Shown here piece by piece: positions 1 through 9,224 of a stretch of 64,000 nucleotides of DNA. A program made the position numbers and the translations under genes. Origin of the DNA: Anaerolineales bacterium. GTDB lineage: Bacteria; Chloroflexota; Anaerolineae; Anaerolineales; UBA11858. The DNA lies in contig JANQED010000132.1 in NCBI GenBank assembly GCA_028278545.1, forward strand, positions 218,874 to 282,873, given 5' to 3'. How positions within the stretch are numbered: the first letter of the stretch is position 1; every line of letters starts with the position of its first letter. Below the pieces are notes generated by a model, which searched no databases, was not told the origin of the DNA, and saw only the letters and a program-made list of their open reading frames with translations.

Positions 1-208
1 CGACTTCTCCCATCCGAGAGAGGTCAGGGCCTATGTTTCCGGTAGCACCCGGAATACCCGGAATGACATGGCAGGCAATACATCCACCGCCCTGGAAAGC
101 CGCGACGACTTCCTCGGCATCCAATTCGGCAGAATCGCCCGATCCGCAGGCACTCAGAACAAGCACTGAGGCCAGCAACAGCCCAATCAAGAGCGTATAT
201 TTCCTCAT
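1..208 (-). CDS. c-type cytochrome lipoprotein, N-terminal part (gene runs off the left edge)
   Basis: Absent from the ORF track because it has no stop inside the window. The reverse complement of 1..208 reads MRKYTLLIGLLLASVLVLSACGSGDSAELDAEEVVAAFQGGGCIACHVIPGIPGATGNIGPDLSRMGEV. This shows a signal peptide, a lipobox (LSAC), a haem-binding CxxCH (CIACH) and a GPDL motif typical of class I cytochrome c. GGAGG lies 9 nt upstream of the ATG at 208. Confidence 0.6.
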   Translation of the reverse strand, partial: MRKYTLLIGLLLASVLVLSACGSGDSAELDAEEVVAAFQGGGCIACHVIPGIPGATGNIGPDLSRMGEV

Positions 209-425
209 GGGGTTTAACCTCCTGCATTTAATCGAAAATTAGGCCTTTTTATATCCCACAGTTCGCCCCAAATGGGTTTTGCGCCCCAAGAGGCCTCAGG
301 CGGCCTTCCGGGGGCAACTGCGGTCTATGATTATCGTACAACAGGGCAAATCCACCGTCTTTGCGCTGGCGCAAATAGCGGACTAATTTGGGCAAGAAAG
401 TTGGTTTACGCCCCGACCACTCCCC

Positions 426-1178
426 CTACAAATCAAGCAGACCCCCATCCTCTAGAGACAGCCCCTCGCCTCCATTTTGAGGGATATCCTCACCGATCAC
501 AACCAAACCATGCGGCGAAAGGATCACCACCTGCTGGCGTTTACTCTGCACCAAGCCTCTATGCTCCCAATCTTTGAGCACCCGGCTGACGGTGTACAGG
601 GTGGTGCCGGTCATCTCGGCCAAATCCTGGCGCGAAAGCGGCAGATCGATCAACACGCCCTCTTCGATTTTACGCCCCGACTGGCGCGCCAATCGCAAGA
701 CCGCCCGGGCAACACGCTGTTCCACCCTCTGTGTAGATAACTCGCGAACTCTATTCTGAAATTCTCGGATCTGCCCTACCATGATCCTCAAAGCGTTCAA
801 GGCAATGCGCGGGGATTGCTCCATCAGGCGGATCATCGTCGCCTGATCCCAGGCCAATGCCCGACAATGCCCCACTGCCTGCGCTGAAACAGGATAGGTG
901 ACTTTTTTGAGGATAGCGATGATGCCATATACCCGTCCGGGGACGAGATACCCTAAGATAACCTGTTGACCGCTGGCAGTGACTTGGGTGAGCTTGACTT
1001 TGCCTTCGACCAACACATAGGTGGTCTCCGCGGGGTCTTCCTCCATGAAGAAAAATGCGCCGTCATCCAGTTCACGAACACGCGAGGCCGCGATGACGGG
1101 GGTAAATTCCGTCTCGCTCAGGCCGCGGAAAACCGCCGCTCCTCGGGCAAGTTCCATCTCGATTGGGGGGAGTTTCAT
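426..1178 (-). CDS. Crp/Fnr family transcriptional regulator
   Basis: 250-aa ORF with an N-terminal cNMP-binding barrel (FFFMEEDPAETTYVLVEGKVKL) and a C-terminal Crp-type HTH (LSRQDLAEMTGTTLYTVSRVLKDWEHRGLV). Confidence 0.85.
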   Translation of the reverse strand: MKLPPIEMELARGAAVFRGLSETEFTPVIAASRVRELDDGAFFFMEEDPAETTYVLVEGKVKLTQVTASGQQVILGYLVPGRVYGIIAILKKVTYPVSAQAVGHCRALAWDQATMIRLMEQSPRIALNALRIMVGQIREFQNRVRELSTQRVEQRVARAVLRLARQSGRKIEEGVLIDLPLSRQDLAEMTGTTLYTVSRVLKDWEHRGLVQSKRQQVVILSPHGLVVIGEDIPQNGGEGLSLEDGGLLDL

Positions 1179-1273
1179 AAGCCAATTCTAACGCAGAACC
1201 CCAAAGCGGTAAATTTGAAAGTCGTTTTTCTCCGTAACAACACTTCGAGAGGCAATCCCTTTGTAGACATTAT

Positions 1274-1301
1274 AGAAAAAGCTCTCCGCTAGAGAGAGCT
1301 T
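1274..1301 (-). terminator. rho-independent terminator downstream of glmS
   Basis: On the - strand there is a perfect 8-bp stem AAGCTCTC/GAGAGCTT with a 7-nt loop, running into TTTTTCT. It starts about 41 nt after the glmS stop. Confidence 0.6.
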
Positions 1302-1342
1302 CATCTAATTCATTTCTGACGGCTTTCTGTCGATCCAGCTAC

Positions 1343-3184
1343 CTATTCCACCGTGACACTTTTCGCCAGATTCCGGGGCTGATCAACATCCAGGCCGCGC
1401 AGGGCAGCGATGTGGTATGCCAGCATCTGCAAGGGGATCACCGTGGTGACCGGGCTGAGCATCCAGGGGGTTTCCGGCACCCAAATGACTTGATCGGCCA
1501 CAGGGGGAATGAGTTCGTCGCCATCCGTGGCAACAGCGATGACGCGCCCGCCGCGGGCTTTGGCCTGCTCGATCTGGCTGAACATCTTCTCATACCAGGG
1601 GTCGCGTGGGGCGATCACCACCACCGGCATCTCCGAGTCGATCAAGGCAATAGGGCCATGTTTCATCTCCCCGGCCGGATACCCCTCAGCGTGGATATAG
1701 GAAATCTCTTTGAGCTTCAGCGCTCCCTCGTAAGCGGTAGGCATATTGACCCCACGACCCAGGTAGAGCGCATGACGCACGTCTACCAGCGTTTGAGCGA
1801 CTTCCTCGACCTCGGCCTCACGGTCCAGGCATTGACCTGCCAGATCGGGCACGAAGCGCAGGTCTGCAACCAGGCTTCGGCGAGCCTGATCATCGATCGT
1901 CCCGCGCAAATCGGCCAACAAAATCGCCAGCATATATAAATCCACCAGAGGAGCAGTATAGGCCTTCGTCGAAGCCACACCGATCTCGGGGCCGGTCTGC
2001 ATGGAGATGAAACCGTCAGCAATGCGCATGGCCTGAGAGCCGATGGCATTGACTATCGACCACAATTTAGCCCCCTTAGACCTTCCTTCTTCCATGGCAG
2101 CCAGCGTATCGGCCGTTTCGCCCGACTGGCTGATCGCCAGCACAATGTCATTTTCGCGGACGATGGGATCGCTGTAGCGAAACTCAGAGCCGATCTCCAC
2201 TTCCACCGGGACGCGGGCAATGCGCTCGATGAGCACCTTGCCTACCATGCCCGCGTAAGCGGCTGTCCCGCAGGCCGTGATGAAAATTTTGTTGATGCGG
2301 CGCGCCAACGCTGGGGTCAGGTTGAGGTCCGGCAAACGGATGCGTCCAGCCTCGAAATCCACGCGGCCGGCGATGGTGTCCGTCAACGAGCGAACCTGCT
2401 CGTGGATCTCTTTATGCATGAAATGGCGGTACTCGCCCTTCTCCGCGGAGATCGGATCCCAGGGCACATTTTGAACTTCAAAAGGGAACGGCTCCCCGTC
2501 CAGCGTGTTCACTTCCACACCATCACGCGTCACTGAAGCCATCTGGTGCGACTCCAGGAAGACCATCTGGCGAGTGTGCTCCAGAATGGCGGGCAAATCC
2601 GAGGCCACATAAGTCTCTCCCTCCCCCAGGCCGATGACCACACCCCCGGCATTGCCAATCCGGGCTGCGACGATCTTATCCGGCTCGGCGCGCGACATCA
2701 CCACCACCCCATGTGCGCCCCGCAAATGCCGCAAAGCCTTACGCGCCGCCTCCGCCAGACCATCCTCGGAAGAGAGATAGCGTTCCACCAGGTGGACGAT
2801 CACCTCGGTGTCGGTCTCGGACTTGAACTCCACCCCTTCGTCCTCCAGCTCTGCGCGCAATTCCAGAAAGTTCTCGACGATGCCGTTGTGCACCAGGACC
2901 ACATCGCCGGTCATCCCCATATGCGGATGGGCATTGCGGGCATTCGGCTCACCATGGGTTGCCCAACGGGTGTGCCCAATGCCGATATTGCCATGCACAG
3001 GGTCTTCAGCCACCAAAGCGGCCAACCGGGATAATTTGCCAGCATCGCGACGCACCTTGATCTCGCCATCTTGCAAAACCGCCAAGCCGGCGGAGTCATA
3101 CCCGCGATATTCCAGGCGCTTGAGGCCGTTCAGGATAAAAGGCGTAGCATCCTGCGGCCCGATATAACCGACAATTCCACACAT
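1343..3184 (-). CDS. glmS: glutamine--fructose-6-phosphate aminotransferase (isomerizing)
   Basis: 613 aa. N-terminal catalytic Cys (MCGIVGYIG), Ntn glutaminase domain, two SIS domains and the canonical C-terminus (DQPRNLAKSVTVE). GGAGGG RBS. Confidence 0.97.
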   Translation of the reverse strand: MCGIVGYIGPQDATPFILNGLKRLEYRGYDSAGLAVLQDGEIKVRRDAGKLSRLAALVAEDPVHGNIGIGHTRWATHGEPNARNAHPHMGMTGDVVLVHNGIVENFLELRAELEDEGVEFKSETDTEVIVHLVERYLSSEDGLAEAARKALRHLRGAHGVVVMSRAEPDKIVAARIGNAGGVVIGLGEGETYVASDLPAILEHTRQMVFLESHQMASVTRDGVEVNTLDGEPFPFEVQNVPWDPISAEKGEYRHFMHKEIHEQVRSLTDTIAGRVDFEAGRIRLPDLNLTPALARRINKIFITACGTAAYAGMVGKVLIERIARVPVEVEIGSEFRYSDPIVRENDIVLAISQSGETADTLAAMEEGRSKGAKLWSIVNAIGSQAMRIADGFISMQTGPEIGVASTKAYTAPLVDLYMLAILLADLRGTIDDQARRSLVADLRFVPDLAGQCLDREAEVEEVAQTLVDVRHALYLGRGVNMPTAYEGALKLKEISYIHAEGYPAGEMKHGPIALIDSEMPVVVIAPRDPWYEKMFSQIEQAKARGGRVIAVATDGDELIPPVADQVIWVPETPWMLSPVTTVIPLQMLAYHIAALRGLDVDQPRNLAKSVTVE

Positions 3185-3284
3185 AGGGGCCCTCCGATAC
3201 TGTAATCAGCGATCAGCATCCAGCGATCACTGCAAAGCAACCGGTCACCAGATACCATTCACCAGGATTGCCACTCGCTGCGAT

Positions 3285-3490
3285 TTTGGTTCCCCAGTTG
3301 CCCAGGGATTTTGTACGCCGCGTTCGAAACGGAGGGAAAGGATACGGGCTGTGGCGCTCCCGGAGGGCTTCCGCTGATCTCTCGATTTTCCCCCGGTGGC
3401 TACCGGGGTTAGCCTCATCTCGCGATGGGGAACCCTCTTCCTCGTCACCCTTCCCCTTCGGCTGTGCTCAGGGTCAGGGCCTTGCGCTGT
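3285..3490 (-). ncRNA. glmS ribozyme: glmS ribozyme (GlcN6P-responsive self-cleaving leader)
   Basis: The - strand 5' leader of glmS reads AGCGCAAGG...GGGUGACGAGGAAGAGGGUU...AUCGAGAGAUCAGCGGAAGCCCUCCGGGAGCGCCACAGCCCGUAUCCUUUC...CCCUGGGCAACUGGGGAACC. This matches the remembered Bacillus-type glmS ribozyme blocks in the same order: AGCGCC, UGACGAGGAUGGAGGUU, AUCGAAUUUUCGGCGGAUGCCUCCCGG, CACAGCCGUAAGGAUUUC and the P4 hairpin. Its position directly upstream of glmS agrees. Confidence 0.8.
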
Positions 3491-3516
3491 CTTTCCCTAT
3501 TGATCTGTAGGCGCGA

Positions 3517-3544
3517 ATTATAACCGATCTGGGATGATTGACAA
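3517..3544 (-). promoter_or_regulatory. putative sigma70-type promoter for the glmS ribozyme/glmS transcript
   Basis: - strand TTGTCA (3544..3539), 16 nt spacer, TATAAT (3522..3517). This is about 25 nt upstream of the AGCGC ribozyme start. Confidence 0.45.
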
Positions 3545-3566
3545 GCCCGCCTCATTTGGCTAGGAT
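3538..3566 (+). promoter_or_regulatory. putative sigma70-type promoter for pcm
   Basis: TTGACA (3538..3543), 17 nt spacer, TAGGAT (3561..3566). AGAGGAGG RBS precedes the ATG at 3613. Confidence 0.45.
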
Positions 3567-3612
3567 TCATCTAGCCTTATTGATGATTCCCGGCCCAGAG
3601 GAGGCCTAACGA

Positions 3613-4416
3613 ATGAACAGGAAACTCACCTGCCTGCAGTTTGGGGTGATCCCCCTTTTGATCATTGGCACTGCCCTCTCAGCCTGTACGCCTAAAGATA
3701 CCCCCACGCCTGCTGCCATTCCCAGCGATATCCCTCAATCCACGGCCACCGAGCAAGAGCAGACGCCCCCCACCGCCACCCCAGACTCATTTGCCAATGC
3801 CCGCAACCGCATGGTCGCTGAGCAGATCGAAGGCCGCGGCGTCAGTGACCCGACCGTGCTGGAGGCCATGCACCTCACCCCGCGCCATGAATTTGTGCTC
3901 GACCGCTACCTCGACCAGGCCTACGCCGACCACCCTCTGCCGATTGACTACGGGCAAACCATCTCCCAACCTTATATTGTCGCCCTGATGACAGAGATGC
4001 TGGCAGTCCAGGCTGGCGACCGCGTCCTAGAAATCGGCACCGGCAGCGGCTATCAGGCTGCTGTGCTGGCAGAGATGGATATCGAGGTCTACACTGTCGA
4101 GATCATCCCTGAGTTATATTCCCAGGCAACAGGGCGGCTGGCCGCCCAGAACTATACCAACATCCAAACCCTCAACGCCGATGGTTATTTCGGCTGGGAA
4201 GCGTTCGCGCCTTATGATGCCATCATCGTCACCGCCGCCCCCGATCACCTCCCCCAACCACTGATCGCCCAACTCAAAGATGGCGGCAGATTGGTGATCC
4301 CGATTGGGCCTGTTGGTGCGGTGCAGACTTTGTGGAAGTTCGAAAGAGTTGGAGAAGAGATCGAAGCTTACAATTGGGGTGCCGTGCGCTTCGTGCCGCT
4401 GACAGGAGAGCATTAA
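3613..4416 (+). CDS. pcm: protein-L-isoaspartate O-methyltransferase with N-terminal lipoprotein signal peptide
   Basis: PIMT motifs GQTISQPYIVALMTE and VLEIGTGSGYQAAVLA. The catalytic domain is preceded by a signal peptide, a lipobox (LIIGTALSAC) and a Pro/Thr-rich linker. Confidence 0.9.
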   Translation: MNRKLTCLQFGVIPLLIIGTALSACTPKDTPTPAAIPSDIPQSTATEQEQTPPTATPDSFANARNRMVAEQIEGRGVSDPTVLEAMHLTPRHEFVLDRYLDQAYADHPLPIDYGQTISQPYIVALMTEMLAVQAGDRVLEIGTGSGYQAAVLAEMDIEVYTVEIIPELYSQATGRLAAQNYTNIQTLNADGYFGWEAFAPYDAIIVTAAPDHLPQPLIAQLKDGGRLVIPIGPVGAVQTLWKFERVGEEIEAYNWGAVRFVPLTGEH

Positions 4417-4429
4417 AAACCCTTGAGTA

Positions 4430-7015
4430 CTACCCGTCCCAACGGTGAAACGTGATCAACGCCCCCGCGTAAGCGCCCGCGCCAAGCAGCATTACAAAGG
4501 TGAACCCAAAATTCAAGACCAGGATAGCCGCCAAAACCGAGGCGATTACTGATGTACAGCCGTTGATCGCCCAGGCCCAAGAAGTCCATCGCGGGGCGTG
4601 TTCTCCCAACCACGCCAACCCCAAAGGGAAAGGCAACCCCATCAACAAGCCCAGGGGAGCCAGGCTGACCAGGGCAGCGCCCAGGCGAGCCCATAGAGGC
4701 CATCCCAAAATCAACACTGTCATGGAGGGCAGCAACAAGGGGATCACCAACGCCAGGAGAACCAACAGCCAAAATGCGGGCTTTTTCGGCAGCCATTTTA
4801 CGCCTGCCAACACGCTGCCCAACCCAGAGGACAGCAGCAATATTCCTACCACGGCGGTGAACGCGTAAATCGGCTGGCCCAGCAGCAGAATCCATCGCTG
4901 AATGAGGGGGATTTCGACGAAGAGGAAGGCGATTCCTAATAAGGCAAAGTAAAGGAATACCTTGCCGGTTACCTTTCCTTCCCGCGACTGAGATGTAGAA
5001 CCCCCACCTACTCGTCTCACTGCCAAGCGGCGGAACAAGTGCGGTTTACCCCGTCCACTCGGCGGCTGCACCCCGTGAAAGGGGCGATTCAAGAAAACCA
5101 GGGGAAGTAAAATCAAGCCCCCACTCAAAAGCACCACCAACATCAGCAGGGCAATCAGCACAAGATAGCCGCTACCACCGAAAGGCTGCCAGGTCATCCC
5201 CAAAGTATCCAACACTTGCGAGGTTTGGGCCCAGGTAAAGAAATGGAAGAAGAACGGTCGATTGTCCACCGCCGGCTGAATGTTATATGGATAAGCTGCA
5301 TAATGCGCCTCCCGACGAGGAACTGACAATAACTCCTTGGCCTGAAGATAGTATGTCGGTTCCGGCAATTTATTGAAACGATTGGTCTGCTCAACCTGAA
5401 TATCGGGAGCCCAGACCCAATCAAAGCGGCGGCTCTCCACGAATTCACGCGCGGCGAATAGCTCAGCGTCCCCCCAACCATCGGGATTAACCAATACCGT
5501 CATGGTCTGGATACCCCGAAAAGCGATCAACGCTTCACGAGGAGTGCTCCCTTGTGACTCCAAGGCCTCCACCAGCGTCGCGATCAGGCGCAGGCTCTCA
5601 CTGGGCGGGCTTTGCAGCCAGCGGGTGATCACCAAGACACCGCCCGAAGATAAGCGCTCCAAAGCAGCCTCGAAAGCCTCTACCGTGAGGCCATAATCCT
5701 CCCCCAAACTGTAAGCGCCGCTGGTAACCGGTCGATAGGCGTCGGTCAGGGGGAAGTAAATGATGTTATATGTCTCTTGATGGCGCTGAAGAAAAACCCG
5801 TTCCGATTCCGCAACGATACGCACTTCCGGGTAAGAATAAACATCAAATTCAGGCGCGGTTTGGGCTACTGCCTGGCGGATAGATGGATTCGCAATCACT
5901 GCGGAGACTTCCTCCGCACCCCCTGCCAACGCCTGAAGCACGCCTAAACCGCCGCCAGGCTCCACGACCAAAACCTCGGCCTCCGGCTTGATAGAGAAGA
6001 CCAAGGCTACGGGCATCCAGGCCGCAGCATCAAAGGATTCAGGGGAGGTCAAGGTGATGGGTTGTAACGCCCCCGCGTCGATAGAGAGGCCTAGTTGAGG
6101 GGGTGGATTCTCCAAATATTGGTAACTCAGCCCAGGCAGACGCCGGGTGCCGGCGTTCTCGACCACGTCCAGGCGAGAGATGGCGTTCCAACGCCCGTAG
6201 ATCAGCCGAGAGCCGGGGTACTGGCGGGCATAAGATAGACCTTTATAGGGCGATATCTCCATCCCCAGGAGCGAGTACCCCCCTACATTAACTGCAACCA
6301 ACCCTCCAAAAGAAAGCAGGCCCAGGCTCAAAAATGAGATCAACCCCACTCGCCTCCCGGAAAACCGCTTTTCACCTCTATTCCCCCTAAAAACTGATGC
6401 AGCAGATAATCCTATCAACGCGCTCATGAGAACCGCGCCGGGGACCCCGGCCAAGGCCAGGACTAGGGGGGCAAATAACGCGCCCAAGGCTGACCCAATT
6501 AAATTGGCGGCATAGGTGAGGTGAGATTTGCCCTTAGTGAGCGCCAGCGCGCCGCCAATCCCTAAACCACTGGCGAGAAAAGGGACCGTGAGCGCCAGGT
6601 AGTAAAGCACGAAGAAGAGAATTTGCCTTCGTTCCCAGGCGATGCTGTAGGAATCGAAAGGCAACCAATTCACCCCCGCGTAAGCGATGCCTACCCCGGC
6701 TGCGAAACCCACACCAGTCAAAAACAATAATCGTTCTAGTGGAATTGCTCGCAGCTGGGGGAAAACGCTCAACAAAGTGCCGCTGGCCCCAAAACCAAGC
6801 AAGGCCAAACTAACCACCAAAAAGGCGAAGTGATAGAACTGGGCCACGGCCAGCAACCGGGTGAGGGTGCTCTCGAACAGCAAGGTAGCCGCAGCCAGAG
6901 CGGCTACACTCAGGTTTTGACGGCGCATCATAAAGGTGAGACCCATCCACAAATCGTGTGAAAACGGAGGAGATTTCTCCTTCATGAGTGTACATGAGGG
7001 GATGGTTTCCGTCAA
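4430..7015 (-). CDS. polytopic membrane protein with central spermidine synthase-like (class I SAM-MTase fold) domain
   Basis: 861 aa. Many predicted TM helices lie at both ends. The central soluble region has VLVVEPGGGLGVLQALAGGAEEV (GxGxG) and GVLVITRW, typical of spermidine synthase-like fusion proteins. Confidence 0.7.
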   Translation of the reverse strand: MTETIPSCTLMKEKSPPFSHDLWMGLTFMMRRQNLSVAALAAATLLFESTLTRLLAVAQFYHFAFLVVSLALLGFGASGTLLSVFPQLRAIPLERLLFLTGVGFAAGVGIAYAGVNWLPFDSYSIAWERRQILFFVLYYLALTVPFLASGLGIGGALALTKGKSHLTYAANLIGSALGALFAPLVLALAGVPGAVLMSALIGLSAASVFRGNRGEKRFSGRRVGLISFLSLGLLSFGGLVAVNVGGYSLLGMEISPYKGLSYARQYPGSRLIYGRWNAISRLDVVENAGTRRLPGLSYQYLENPPPQLGLSIDAGALQPITLTSPESFDAAAWMPVALVFSIKPEAEVLVVEPGGGLGVLQALAGGAEEVSAVIANPSIRQAVAQTAPEFDVYSYPEVRIVAESERVFLQRHQETYNIIYFPLTDAYRPVTSGAYSLGEDYGLTVEAFEAALERLSSGGVLVITRWLQSPPSESLRLIATLVEALESQGSTPREALIAFRGIQTMTVLVNPDGWGDAELFAAREFVESRRFDWVWAPDIQVEQTNRFNKLPEPTYYLQAKELLSVPRREAHYAAYPYNIQPAVDNRPFFFHFFTWAQTSQVLDTLGMTWQPFGGSGYLVLIALLMLVVLLSGGLILLPLVFLNRPFHGVQPPSGRGKPHLFRRLAVRRVGGGSTSQSREGKVTGKVFLYFALLGIAFLFVEIPLIQRWILLLGQPIYAFTAVVGILLLSSGLGSVLAGVKWLPKKPAFWLLVLLALVIPLLLPSMTVLILGWPLWARLGAALVSLAPLGLLMGLPFPLGLAWLGEHAPRWTSWAWAINGCTSVIASVLAAILVLNFGFTFVMLLGAGAYAGALITFHRWDG

Positions 7016-7189
7016 ATATGAGTTTGGAGGTCCGCTTCAGCCTGAAGCGGAAATGGCTATACGCATCGGCTGGCGCTCTTCGAATTCCCATTTCAGGTTA
7101 AGGTTTAAATGACAAACCTTGGTATAATCCTCCTGAATTTTGCAAAAGGTGAAACGCGTTGCTAACACGCTGAAACTAAGGAGCCCAAG

Positions 7190-8251
7190 TTGGCATTTAA
7201 CCCTCTCAACTGGCTGCTAGGCTTTTTTTCATTAGATATCGGCATCGACCTGGGTACGGCAAATACCATGGTCAATGTGAGCGGGAAAGGCATAGTCATC
7301 AGCGAACCCTCCTGGGTCGCAATTGAAAAACGCACTCGGGTTCCTCTGGCTATCGGCGCAGAGGCCAAAGCCATGGTCGGGCGCACGCCAGCCAACGTTC
7401 TCACCGTCCGGCCTGTACGCGATGGCGTGATCTCGGAGTTCGAGATCACCCAGGCCATGCTGGAATATTTTATCGGCAAAGTCCATCAACAGAGCATCGT
7501 ACCGGTCCCCCGTCCACGCGTCGTGATTGGCATCCCTGCTGGTGTGACCAAAGTGGAAAAGCGCGCCGTCTATGACGCCGCCATGTCCGCCGGCGCCCGA
7601 GAAGTATATTTGATCGAAGAGCCCGTCGCAGCGGGCTTGGGCGCGGGCCTGCCGATCAGTGAAGTGCGCGGCAACATGGTTGTGGATATTGGCGGCGGCA
7701 CGACGGATGTCGCCATCCTCTCCATGAAAGGTGTGGTCGTCTCTCGTTCCCTGCGCGTGGCCGGAGATGAACTCGACGAAGACATCATTCAGTACGTGCG
7801 CAACAAATACAACCTGCTCATCGGGCAGCGTATGGCGGAACAGGCTAAGATCGCCGTCGGCTCAGCCTACCATCTTCCGCAAGAAAAAACCATCCGCTTA
7901 CGTGGGCGAAATCTGCTCAGCGGACTGCCAGAAGCAATAGAGGTTTCCTCTGTTGAACTACGCGAGGCCATGTCAAGTTCTGTACAGATCATCATCGATA
8001 CCATCAAAGACTCTCTCGATGAAGCCCCTCCCGAAATATTGGCCGATCTGATGGATATGGGCATTTGCATGGCTGGCGGTGGTAGTTTGCTCCAAGGATT
8101 GGACGAACGGCTGACCCATGAACTCAATGTCCGGGCCTGGGTTGCCGAAGACCCAATGAGTTGTGTGGCCCGCGGCGCAGGCATCGCACTCGAAAATCTG
8201 GATACCTGGAAATCCCTCTTCATTGGATTAGGACGCACGGACAGGGGCTAA
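7190..8251 (+). CDS. mreB: rod shape-determining protein MreB
   Basis: TTG start with AAGGAG 7 nt upstream. Actin-fold motifs DIGIDLGTANT and VVDIGGGTTDVA. Confidence 0.95.
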   Translation: MAFNPLNWLLGFFSLDIGIDLGTANTMVNVSGKGIVISEPSWVAIEKRTRVPLAIGAEAKAMVGRTPANVLTVRPVRDGVISEFEITQAMLEYFIGKVHQQSIVPVPRPRVVIGIPAGVTKVEKRAVYDAAMSAGAREVYLIEEPVAAGLGAGLPISEVRGNMVVDIGGGTTDVAILSMKGVVVSRSLRVAGDELDEDIIQYVRNKYNLLIGQRMAEQAKIAVGSAYHLPQEKTIRLRGRNLLSGLPEAIEVSSVELREAMSSSVQIIIDTIKDSLDEAPPEILADLMDMGICMAGGGSLLQGLDERLTHELNVRAWVAEDPMSCVARGAGIALENLDTWKSLFIGLGRTDRG

Positions 8252-8317
8252 GTGCAGGTAAGTCATTATTTGCTCTCATTAAGTCTGCGTTAGAATTGTC
8301 GTTGTATCGACAGAAAT

Positions 8318-9166
8318 ATGAACCCCAAATCGTCAATACCTTGGCAAGGCATCACGCTGTCATTGGTAGCCGTTGGATTAGTCGTTTTAGCGTTGGGTGG
8401 CTACCTTACCCCCCTCTCTCGTGTCGCGCTTTCCCCACTCGTGGCAGCGCAAACCTGGGTATCAGGACGTGTGCAAGCCATCCAGGTTTATCTGACGGGG
8501 CCTCGTGATGTCGCTCAACTGACCCAAGAAAACGCGGCTCTTGAAGCTGAACTTGCCCATCTACGGACCCAGGTCATCGAGCTGCAACAGCAATTAGGGG
8601 AGTACCGCATCCTCTCGGCTCTGTTGGATTTTGCGCGCGCTTACCCCGAATATCAATATGTCGGCGCGAGTGTGATCGGCAAAGACCCCAGCCCGTTCTT
8701 GAAATATATCCACATCAACCGCGGTTCGGATGATGGCCTGCGGCGCGGCATGCCCGTCGTCACACAGCAAGGATTAGTTGGACGCGTGGCTCAGGTCACC
8801 GCTTCAGCAGCCCTGGTGCAACTAATCACCGACCCCTCTGCAACGGTCAACGTGCGCCTGGAACCCTCCCGTGCGGAGGCAAGCCTATCCGGTTCCATCA
8901 CGGCGGATATCACGCTGGATATGATCCCCCAAGACATCACCGTGGAACCCGGTGATTTGGTGCTGACCTCCGGCCTGGGCGGCAATTTCCCGCCAAACAT
9001 CCTCATCGGCCAAGTGACCGGAGTCCGCAGCCAGGATTACGACCTCTTCCAAAGCGCCTCAATGCAGCCTGTGGTTGACTTCACCAACCTCGAAATCGTG
9101 CTGGTGATCACCAATTTCCAGCCGATCGATCTCTCCCCACTCATCCCGACTCCCAGCGCGCCCTAA
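8318..9166 (+). CDS. mreC: rod shape-determining protein MreC
   Basis: N-terminal TM, coiled coil (AALEAELAHLRTQVIELQQQL) and a beta-barrel region (GMPVVTQQGLVGRVAQVT...LITD). Follows mreB. Confidence 0.85.
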   Translation: MNPKSSIPWQGITLSLVAVGLVVLALGGYLTPLSRVALSPLVAAQTWVSGRVQAIQVYLTGPRDVAQLTQENAALEAELAHLRTQVIELQQQLGEYRILSALLDFARAYPEYQYVGASVIGKDPSPFLKYIHINRGSDDGLRRGMPVVTQQGLVGRVAQVTASAALVQLITDPSATVNVRLEPSRAEASLSGSITADITLDMIPQDITVEPGDLVLTSGLGGNFPPNILIGQVTGVRSQDYDLFQSASMQPVVDFTNLEIVLVITNFQPIDLSPLIPTPSAP

Positions 9167-9224
9167 AAGCTCATCCAGAGAAATGCTCTTGTTCAGTCTC
9201 TTGGATAAATGATTTCGTAGTTAA

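Noticed and set aside
24-227. 67-aa ORF on the - strand at the left edge (ORF track)
   Set aside because: It is out of frame with a much more convincing reading that starts at 208 (signal peptide, lipobox, CxxCH cytochrome c) and runs off the window. The 24..227 product is Cys/Arg/Gly-rich with no family features.
3245-3510. Two ORFs (3245..3448 -, 3268..3510 +) between glmS and pcm
   Set aside because: They overlap the glmS ribozyme and its promoter. Their composition is low-complexity Arg/Ser/Pro-rich, and they have no RBS.
4413-4895. 160-aa - strand ORF overlapping the 3' end of the 861-aa membrane protein gene
   Set aside because: It is an alternative frame of a well-supported gene. The Gly/Arg/Val-rich translation is typical of off-frame GC-rich sequence.
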